Assembly (NCBI GenBank): GCA_029856045.1
Contig: JAHQWG010000050.1
Coordinates: 6,938 to 26,937 of the forward strand
Direction: 5' to 3'
Length of the DNA stretch: 20,000 nt
Source of the DNA: Promethearchaeia archaeon
GTDB taxonomy: Archaea > Asgardarchaeota > Lokiarchaeia > Sigyniarchaeales > SOKP01
The notes under the pieces are model-generated. The model did no database searches. It had not been told where the DNA came from and saw nothing but the letters and a program-made list of their open reading frames with translations. The number at the start of each line of letters is the position of its first letter. The first letter of the stretch is position 1. Positions 9,223 through 17,194 of the stretch are shown here, piece after piece. Both the position numbers and the translations under genes were made by a program.

Positions 9223-9384
9223 GCATTTCACACTAAACTGGAAGTTAAACAACAAACCGTTACAGGTAAGTACTGATATTGCGATTATCGGGAAACTGTA
9301 AACTGTTAATTCGTTAACGGTCATAGGATGTTGGAAAAACCTGATCCCTTTCCGAACTCAGAAATTTAGTGCGATTTGCATTCT
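9223..9384 (+). rRNA. Circularly permuted 5S rRNA (candidate)
   Basis: The 3' half comes first: GAAGUUAAACAACAAACCGUUACAGGUAAGUACUGAUAUUGCGAUUAUCGGGAAACUGUAAACUGUUAA (9241-9309). A UUCG loop follows (9310-9313). The 5' half comes last: UUAACGGUCAUAGGAUGUUGGAAAAACCUGAUCCCUUUCCGAACUCAG (9314-9361). Helices I, II, III, IV and V all form. A terminal stem 9223-9237/9365-9379 joins the new ends. Confidence 0.88.
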
Positions 9385-9385
9385 A

Positions 9386-9393
9386 TTTTTTTT
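9386..9393 (+). terminator. T8 tract, candidate archaeal terminator of the 5S RNA
   Basis: TTTTTTTT immediately 3' of the terminal stem. Oligo-T tracts terminate archaeal RNAP. Confidence 0.5.
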
Positions 9394-9455
9394 AAAAATT
9401 CTTGAGTTAATCAAAAAAAAATAAAAATTTTCTATTTAGATTACCATAATCTCTA

Positions 9456-10706
9456 TTATGGAAAGATTCCCCGTAATTCAATTGCTTTTGCAACTCTTGA
9501 GACAGCAATCATATATGCCGCTATTCTATAAGACACATTTTCTTCTTTAACCAGTTTATATACAGATTCAAATGCATTAAGAATAATTTTCTTTAGTTCT
9601 TTATTAACTCGATCTAAATCCCAATAATATGCATTTATATCCTGTACGTATTCAAAATAAGAAACGATTACGCCTCCACCGTTAGCTAGAATATCGGGAA
9701 TAATAACAGTACCCTTTTTATTAAGAATTTCATCTGCTTTTGGTGTTGTAGGTCCGTTTGCGCCCTCTAAAATAATTTGACAATTAAGATCATTTGCATT
9801 ATACTCAGTTATTTGATTTTCTGTTGCTGCAGGAATTAAAATATCACATTTGATTTTAAAAAATTCTTCATTAGGAATGATCTTAATAGAATCATCTTTA
9901 AAATCAGTAATAAGATTTCCTCTTCTTTGCCATTCTATTAATTCATCTATATTTAAACCTTTCTCAGAATAAATTGTACCATAATACTCTGAAATTGCTA
10001 TTATTTTTGTTCCATATTCATACAGCCTTTTACCAATAATAGAACCAACTTTTCCAAAACCTTGAATTATTGCAGACATAGATTTTAAATCAAGACCTTC
10101 TTTTTCACAAAATTTCTCTATCACAAAAAAAATGCCAGTTCCCGTTGCTTCACTTCTACCTGGGGATCCTCCAATTTCCAAGGGTTTTCCAGTCACAACG
10201 CCAGGCATTGTAGCTCCATGTTGCATTGAATATGTATCCATCATCCAAGCCATAGTTTGAGCATTAGTACCTACATCTGGAGCAGGAATATCTTTATCTG
10301 GTCCAATAATATTGATGATTTCTGCAGTATATCTCCTTGTAAGTCGTTCAAGTTCTCTTTGTGATAACTTTTTAGGATCAGCACAAACTCCACCTTTAGA
10401 GCCACCTAAAGGGAGATTGTGTAGAGCGCATTTCCAAGTCATCCAAGTAGCTAATGCTTTAACCTCATCTAAAGTAACATTAGGGTTAAAACGCACTCCA
10501 CCTTTTCCAGGACCTCGAATAGTTGAATGGTGAACACGATATCCTTCGAAAATTCTAAGACTACCATCATCCATAATAATGGGTATTGAAACAATTAACG
10601 ATCTTTCTACTCTTTTAAGAAAACTGTGCGTATCTGAATTTAAATTCATTTTTTCAGCTACGAGTGCCAACTGTTGTTTTGCCATTTCAAAAGGATTAAC
10701 TTCCAT
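9456..10706 (-). CDS. gdhA: Glutamate dehydrogenase, copy 1
   Basis: 416 aa. [87 protein letters not shown]. Confidence 0.96.
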   Translation of the reverse strand: [416 protein letters not shown]

Positions 10707-10804
10707 AAGATTTTCCTTATTAATTTTTCAAATTTATATTAATATTTTGTTTTATAAAAGTTGTAATTAAATATTACAGATAATATTATCATTTTTTTCC
10801 TACA

Positions 10805-12058
10805 TTATGGAAAAATTCCCCTTAATTGTAAGGCTTTTGCAACTCTTGAAACTGCAATCATATAAGATGCAGTTCGAAGGGTTTCTTTCTTTTCTTTAGC
10901 AACGCTACAAACATTTTCAAACGTATCTAAGATAATCTTCTTTAGTTCTTTATTAACTCGATCTAAATCCCAATAATAAGCATTTATATCTTGAACGTAT
11001 TCAAAATAAGAAACGATTACGCCTCCACCGTTAGCTAAGATATCAGGAATAATAATAGTACCCTTTTTATTAAGAATTTCATCTGCTTTTGGTGTTGTCG
11101 GTCCGTTTGCGCCCTCTAAAATGATTTTACAATCGATATCATTTGCATTATGCTTAGTAATTTGATTTTCCGTTGCAGCAGGTATCAAGAGATCGCATTT
11201 AATTTTGAATAGTTCTTCATTGGTAATTGATTTTATAGAATTTCCTTTAAAATCCTTAAGGAATTTTCCTTTATCTCTCCATTCTATTAACTGATCTACA
11301 TCAAGGGCCTTCTCAGAATATACTCCCCCCGCTAATTCAGTAATTGCAATAATCTTACATCCATATTCATATAACTTTTTGGCAATAACCGAACCCACTT
11401 TGCCAAATCCTTGAATAACCACAGTCATTGATTTTAAATTAAGGCCAAACTTTTCGCAATATCTTTCAATTACAAAAAAAAGTCCAGTTCCTGCTGCTTC
11501 AGTTCGTCCAGGGGAACCCCCTATTTCTATTGGTTTTCCTGTAACAACTCCAGGGATTGTTTTCCCATGCTGCATTGAATATGTATCCATTATGTATGCC
11601 ATAATTTGAGCATCTGTACCAATATCTGGTGCTGGAATATCTATATTAGGTCCTATCATATTAATTATTTCTGCAGTATACCTTCTAGTAATCCATTCTA
11701 ATTCTCTTTTTGATACATTTTTAGGATAAACACAAACGCCTCCTTTTGAGCCTCCAAATGGGAGTCTATGAAGGCTTGTTTTCCAAGTCATTAACATAGC
11801 TAAAGCTTTAATTTCATCAAGTGTCACCAATTGGCTATATCGTATACCACCTTTACAAGGACCAAGAACAGAGGAATGTTGAACTCGAAATCCTTCAAAT
11901 ATTGTTAGGTTTCCATCATCCATGATGACAGGAATTGAAACAATAACTGAGCGTTCTACGTTTTTGAGAAATTTTTCAATATTTGGAGGTAAATCTATTT
12001 TTTTTGCAATAATCTCAAGTTGTTTTTTTGCTATTTCATAAGGGTTAATTTCCCACAT
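10805..12058 (-). CDS. gdhA: Glutamate dehydrogenase, copy 2 (tandem paralogue)
   Basis: 417 aa, colinear with copy 1. [78 protein letters not shown]. Confidence 0.95.
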   Translation of the reverse strand: [417 protein letters not shown]

Positions 12059-12151
12059 ATTTCCCTCACTGAAATGATTATTTTAAATTAGAGAGATATT
12101 TTATAATGTTTAACTTTTATTTATTAATTTTTACTAAGGACTTGAAAAAAA

Positions 12152-12709
12152 ATGTTAATGCAATTAATATATCAGAATTCTAATTTTTTAATTAATTTGC
12201 TTATTGTAGGTATGGGCAGATCTTTAGATATTTTAAGCACCTACTATGTTACGGCAAAATTAAAACTCGAAACTAATAAAATAGCTAGAAGAATTGGTTG
12301 GAAAGGGATGATTTTAGTTCAGATTCCTATTTTAATCCTCGGATCTTTAGATTTTTACCTTGCTCTTTTCATTTTTTTATGGAGTCTATATCTATTTGCC
12401 AATAACTTGGAAAGTTCTTGGTTTATTAGAGATAAGGGAGAAGAGCAATATTATAATGATTTAAAAGATATTTTGAAGCGAACACCGGTAAGAAAAATAA
12501 TAATTGGTGAAATTTCATTGATTTTTTCTTTTAGTGTCTCAGGAGTTTTTATGTTAATTCTAGTTTTTATTTTTCGAGATTTTATTGCAGCGTTTTTTAT
12601 TGGTCTCGCAATGGTTTGTCATGGGTTATTAGGTTCTTATCGTTCTCTCAGGTATCTCTTATCATTAAGAAAATATGAATTAACTGATAAAACCAATGAA
12701 GCAATTTAA
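12152..12709 (+). CDS. Predicted multi-pass membrane protein
   Basis: 185 aa with several hydrophobic segments (FLINLLIVGMG, MILVQIPILILGSLDFYLALFIFLWSLYLF, LIFSFSVSGVFMLILVFIFRDFIAAFFIGLAMV). Start may be ATG 12152, 12158 or later. Confidence 0.65.
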   Translation: MLMQLIYQNSNFLINLLIVGMGRSLDILSTYYVTAKLKLETNKIARRIGWKGMILVQIPILILGSLDFYLALFIFLWSLYLFANNLESSWFIRDKGEEQYYNDLKDILKRTPVRKIIIGEISLIFSFSVSGVFMLILVFIFRDFIAAFFIGLAMVCHGLLGSYRSLRYLLSLRKYELTDKTNEAI

Positions 12710-12714
12710 TTTTT

Positions 12715-14850
12715 TTAAGATCTTATATATTTCTTTTTGTAATTTTGCCAATTATTAAAAAGAATTATTATACCTAAGGCAAGTAATCCAAGCAATCCAA
12801 AATTAATTGAGATTAAAACATAATATAAAATAGGTGGCAGGATCTCAATTTGGAAATTATTTATGTTATAGAGAAAAATTGAATTATTTGCATAATCAAA
12901 TCCAATAATGGCATATTGATATTCCATAAAATCTAATTTATTTAATGTATAGGAATGTAGATCATCTGTGCTACTTTCTTTTTCCAAAGGAAAATAATTA
13001 TATGAAGAAAAATTATCATTTGAAATCAGAAAGAAAATATTTTCTATACCGGATTCATTATCGGATGCGTTAATTGAAAAGCAGATATTATCAGAAACAG
13101 ATGGTTTTTCAGGATTCATATGGAGATTCTCTAAAATGGGAGGATTATTATCCAGTAGGGTTGTAAATGAACCGTTAATTGGTTTGATATTGTGTCCGGT
13201 AATTGTATAATTATATGTGTCGATACCCAAAGGGAGGATTATATTTACGTGTCCGTTTATATCTGAATAGAAAGTTCGATATTTCCCTCCACTACTTACA
13301 AAATTAATCCTAATATTTGAGAGAGCGTTATCATTAATATCTGTTATATACATTGAAAAATGCTGCCCTTCATAAATGTCTCCAGAGAATGGATCTTTAG
13401 GTGTTTTTGGGATATTTGTATAAATATCTACTTCAGGATCTCCCAATAGACAATAAGTTAAGACGTTTTTTCTTTCCCATTCGAGCGAGATATTTATATT
13501 AGAATACTGAAACCAATCACTGTTTAGATATTCAACTTTAGAATCGTAAAGTGCTTTTCCAGGTTGATAACTTTTATTAATAAAGAACGCTTCCCAAAAT
13601 AATTTGCAATTGCCGCGATTCAACATTTCTAAGTCTAGATCTTGTTCAAAATACCAAGTAGCTCTTAATGCTCCAATATATCCTATCGCTCCAGCATCTT
13701 GTCTTTTAATTAAAATTTCACCGATATTATTATCTCCATAGTCATAACTGGAAGTGGTGCATGCATCAGCATAAAATAATGTGGGCATATTAGTATTTGA
13801 GGAACTTCCTGCATTACTGCTGCTGTAAATTATATCTCCAGATCTACTAATAAATCTATTGGGAGCTCCATGACCCGCAAAAATACCCAATGAATGTCCA
13901 TCATTAAAATTATTTCGAAATGTTAAACTTGGATCTGTAATATTATCAAAATCTGGATTTTGTTCAAAGCTTGAAGTAGTTTGGATCAAATGCACATAAT
14001 CCATTGAATCTAGAACATAATTTGATAGAATATAACTTGTAAGTCTCGCCTCATCTTCACCAATCCCAGATTCTGTTTGATAAGGATAATCAGAAATTAC
14101 ACCTGCAAGTAAAAATGAGTTCATCCAATCTCCTATTTGAGGATTTGTTTCGTATTTAAGAGTTTTATTCACCATAATTTCTAACTCCTCATCATCTGAA
14201 GCGGGTAAGCGTCCAACATAAATTTCAGGAGTCCAATCGATTTCATCAACTCCATTATCATTATATACTGATGATTCGCCCCATCTCCCGTCTCCGTCAT
14301 CATCCCAGGTTCCGTCTAAATCAGCATAATAAAAATCTGTTGGTTTAGAATAATCATCTCCAACCGTTTCGCACTCACCTAACGGGAGTACATCATTATT
14401 ATATACAAATCTTATGGGAATTAAGTCTGTATCTCCTGCTAACAACACCCATTGAATTTCTTCAGAATTATAATAACTTTTAATCATGTTTCTAATCTTT
14501 TCTTGTGTATCTACACCGGAATAACTTGAATAATTTGTTAAAATCAGTGTTTTCACGCCTTTTTGATTTTTCCATTCAGCTAAGGGAGTTAAAATATTAG
14601 TGAAATTAGGTTTATCAGGAGGAGCAATAATTAGCATTTCAATTTTTGGATTGAACCATTCTTCTAAATCTTGAGTAAGATTTGCTCTTGGGAGTAATGA
14701 AAGGTCAATATCTAACTCATTATTTGCAGATAATGAAAATCCTTGTTGATAATATGAGCTTGAAGTTAAGAATAGAGAAAAAATTATACAATAATGAAGT
14801 AAAAATATAATCAAATACCTTGAATATTTTAATTTGTTGGTTGACTGCAT
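12715..14850 (-). CDS. C25 (gingipain-like) cysteine peptidase, membrane-anchored surface protein
   Basis: 711 aa. Signal-like N-terminus. MLIIAPPDKPNFTNILTPLAEWKNQKGVKTLIL, AGDTDLIP, GIFAGHGAPNRF (His) and PTLFYADACTTSSYDYG (Cys). C-terminal TM helix plus KKKYIRS. Confidence 0.85.
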   Translation of the reverse strand: MQSTNKLKYSRYLIIFLLHYCIIFSLFLTSSSYYQQGFSLSANNELDIDLSLLPRANLTQDLEEWFNPKIEMLIIAPPDKPNFTNILTPLAEWKNQKGVKTLILTNYSSYSGVDTQEKIRNMIKSYYNSEEIQWVLLAGDTDLIPIRFVYNNDVLPLGECETVGDDYSKPTDFYYADLDGTWDDDGDGRWGESSVYNDNGVDEIDWTPEIYVGRLPASDDEELEIMVNKTLKYETNPQIGDWMNSFLLAGVISDYPYQTESGIGEDEARLTSYILSNYVLDSMDYVHLIQTTSSFEQNPDFDNITDPSLTFRNNFNDGHSLGIFAGHGAPNRFISRSGDIIYSSSNAGSSSNTNMPTLFYADACTTSSYDYGDNNIGEILIKRQDAGAIGYIGALRATWYFEQDLDLEMLNRGNCKLFWEAFFINKSYQPGKALYDSKVEYLNSDWFQYSNINISLEWERKNVLTYCLLGDPEVDIYTNIPKTPKDPFSGDIYEGQHFSMYITDINDNALSNIRINFVSSGGKYRTFYSDINGHVNIILPLGIDTYNYTITGHNIKPINGSFTTLLDNNPPILENLHMNPEKPSVSDNICFSINASDNESGIENIFFLISNDNFSSYNYFPLEKESSTDDLHSYTLNKLDFMEYQYAIIGFDYANNSIFLYNINNFQIEILPPILYYVLISINFGLLGLLALGIIILFNNWQNYKKKYIRS

Positions 14851-15020
14851 TTTAAGGAAGTAATTTTTCTCTTAGAATGTTAAATTAATCTATTCTAATA
14901 AATTTAATATTTATATTAAATAATTTTAAATGAGATTTAGATTATTCTATCAAATAAATAGATAAACTAAGAAAATGATATAGAGTATAAAAAGGGAAAA
15001 ATTTAAGAAAGGTTAAAAAG

Positions 15021-15254
15021 ATGGTATTGAAAGTAAGTAGTTGTCCGTACTGCGATTTAAAAATTTTTTTTCGAATTGAACTTTCTGATATAACTACTGA
15101 AAGATTTCCTGCACCAGTATATATTGTGCATAAAAATGGAATTTGCGATCAACTCTCAACTTTTTACGTAGATAGTAAATTAAGGATTTCTTATTCAACA
15201 AAAGAAAAGAAAGAGGGGGCAATAAAGACCCTTCATACAATAGATAAACCTTGA
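15021..15254 (+). CDS. Small CxxC zinc-ribbon-like protein
   Basis: 77 aa. SSCPYCDLKIFFRIE...PVYIVHKNGICDQLSTFYVDSKLRISY. Independent ORF in a non-overlapping interval. Confidence 0.6.
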   Translation: MVLKVSSCPYCDLKIFFRIELSDITTERFPAPVYIVHKNGICDQLSTFYVDSKLRISYSTKEKKEGAIKTLHTIDKP

Positions 15255-15363
15255 TTTTTCAAAAATTCTAAAAACTTATTTATTGTATTATTTTATTTTC
15301 ATTAAAAATAAGAACCAAATTAAAATATTAAATATTAAAAAAAAAGGGAGTTTTATTTAGCAA

Positions 15364-16815
15364 TTGAGTCAAAAGTGTCCTTATTGTGGAAAGGAATTTA
15401 AGCGTTTAAGCGCACATAAATGTCCAATGGCGCCTTCAGAGGATAAAAAAGAGAAAATACAAGAACAAAAAAGAAAAGAAAAGACGATTGCAAAATCAAA
15501 AACTAAGGAAAAGATTACTCCTAAGAGCCCAGCAAAACCGAAAAATTCTCAAAATCTTAAGGATTTAATCGGAGAGATTCAAGCAGAGACGAATATAGGG
15601 CTTGTAGGGCACGTAGATCACGGGAAGACAACCTTAGTCAAGGCTATTTGCGGAGAATGGACAGATAGATTCTCAGATGAGCAAGAGAGAGGAATATCAA
15701 TCAAGTTAGGTTATGCTAACTCAACGATTTTGAAATGTTCTGCTTGTAATAAATATATGACTTATTGGATGACTGAACAAGCTCGTAAAAAGGGAGAAAA
15801 AAGATATAAATGCATTTATTGTAAAGGAGATCTCGAATTTGTTAGAAAAATTAGCTTTGTAGATGCCCCTGGGCATAGTGTGTTAATGTCTACAATGCTT
15901 AGTGGATCTTCACTCATGGACGGGGCATTATTACTAATAGCAGCAAATGAGATTTGTCCTCAACCCCAAACTCGAGAACACTTAGCTGCTTTAGAAATTG
16001 CTAATATTAAAAATATTGTTATAGTTCAAAATAAGATAGATTCAGTCTCTGAAGAAAGAGCAATTGAGAATTTTAATGAGATTAAAAGTTTTATTAAGGG
16101 ATCTATTGCAGAAAATGCTCCTATTATTCCCGTTTCAGCAGTTTTCAATGCAAATATCGAACTTATAATAGAATATTTTGAAAAAAATATACCCACACCT
16201 CAATTAAATGAAGATGATGATTTTAGGTTTCTAATTGCTAGATCTTTTGATATTAATAAACCTGGAACAGAAATTGATAAATTAGTTGGTGGTGTAATTG
16301 GAGGTTCAATTACTCAGGGATTAGGAAAAATTGGTGATGATATAGAAATGAGACCGGGGTTACGAGGAAAAAGTGGATATGAACCGATTTTTGCTGAAGT
16401 AGTAAGTCTTAGTCAAGGAAATGTTAGACTGGAAGAAGCAAAACCAGGTGGTTTAATTGGAATTGGAACTGAATTGGATCCTTTTCTTACAAAGAGCGAT
16501 TCTTTGATCGGAAACTTAGGCGGAGCTCCAGGCACATTGCCGGAAATTTTAACAGAATTAAAACTAGAGATTCATTTATTAGATCAAGTAATTGGGGCAG
16601 AAGAACCAATAAAAGTAGAACCTATTAAACATAATGAACGTTTATTATTAGTAAGCGGCACTATGAGAACTGCAGGCGTTGTGGAAAAAATTACTAAGGA
16701 TTATGTTCAAATTAAACTATCAATTCCATTATGCACAGAGAAGAACTCATTAATATCCATCAGTAGGGTTATTAAAAAGCGGTTTAGATTAATTGGCTAT
16801 GGATATATTAAATGA
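15364..16815 (+). CDS. eif2g: Translation initiation factor aIF2 subunit gamma with N-terminal Zn-finger extension
   Basis: 483 aa. NIGLVGHVDHGKTTLV (G1), RGISIKLGYA, CSAC...CIYC zinc knuckle, VDAPGHSVLMSTMLSGSSLMDGALLLIAANE, VIVQNKIDSV, IIPVSAVFNANI. TTG start. CPYCGKEFKRLSAHKC at the N-terminus. Confidence 0.94.
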   Translation: MSQKCPYCGKEFKRLSAHKCPMAPSEDKKEKIQEQKRKEKTIAKSKTKEKITPKSPAKPKNSQNLKDLIGEIQAETNIGLVGHVDHGKTTLVKAICGEWTDRFSDEQERGISIKLGYANSTILKCSACNKYMTYWMTEQARKKGEKRYKCIYCKGDLEFVRKISFVDAPGHSVLMSTMLSGSSLMDGALLLIAANEICPQPQTREHLAALEIANIKNIVIVQNKIDSVSEERAIENFNEIKSFIKGSIAENAPIIPVSAVFNANIELIIEYFEKNIPTPQLNEDDDFRFLIARSFDINKPGTEIDKLVGGVIGGSITQGLGKIGDDIEMRPGLRGKSGYEPIFAEVVSLSQGNVRLEEAKPGGLIGIGTELDPFLTKSDSLIGNLGGAPGTLPEILTELKLEIHLLDQVIGAEEPIKVEPIKHNERLLLVSGTMRTAGVVEKITKDYVQIKLSIPLCTEKNSLISISRVIKKRFRLIGYGYIK

Positions 16816-16825
16816 TTTTTCATTT

Positions 16826-17119
16826 CTAAGAATAAGAGATATAAATTTCTCTAATTTTTCCTTTTATAAGTTTTAAATTTAAATTGGCTGTATCAAGGAG
16901 ATTTTGCAACTCTTCGATTATAAGGCTCTCGGGTTTTCCCGTATCTTGTGCAGAAAGCTTGATTTTTGTTTCATATAGTGCTAGGGAGTTTTCAGGAATT
17001 TTTCCTAAGAAATGAAGTATAATTTCAATATTTTTTAAGCTATTAAGATCATCTTGCTGGCTTTCTTTTTTTATTTCGAAAAAAATATTATCTGTAATTC
17101 TTTTCTCGAGAAAAGCCAC
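16826..17119 (-). CDS. Hypothetical protein
   Basis: 97-aa ORF, convergent with aIF2-gamma (10-nt gap). No recognised motif. Confidence 0.5.
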   Translation of the reverse strand: MAFLEKRITDNIFFEIKKESQQDDLNSLKNIEIILHFLGKIPENSLALYETKIKLSAQDTGKPESLIIEELQNLLDTANLNLKLIKGKIREIYISYS

Positions 17120-17194
17120 AAAATCTTTTAATTCATCTATATAAATTACTATTATATTTCATCACTTTTTTTAATATAACCATTTCATTAAGAA

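Noticed and set aside
9325-9384. Alternative helix AGGAUGU / GCAUUCU (9325-9331 with 9378-9384) as helix II
   Set aside because: The pairing of 9326-9333 with 9250-9258 matches canonical helix II including the bulged A, and fits the conserved AAGUUAA loop B. The alternative would require an unusually long loop B strand.
9314-9390. Reading this as a lone 5' fragment or pseudogene of 5S rRNA
   Set aside because: The matching 3' half sits immediately upstream in swapped order with all helices intact, which a random fragment would not produce.
10312-10770. + strand ORFs at 10312..10533 and 10579..10770
   Set aside because: Both antisense to the well-supported glutamate dehydrogenase copy 1.
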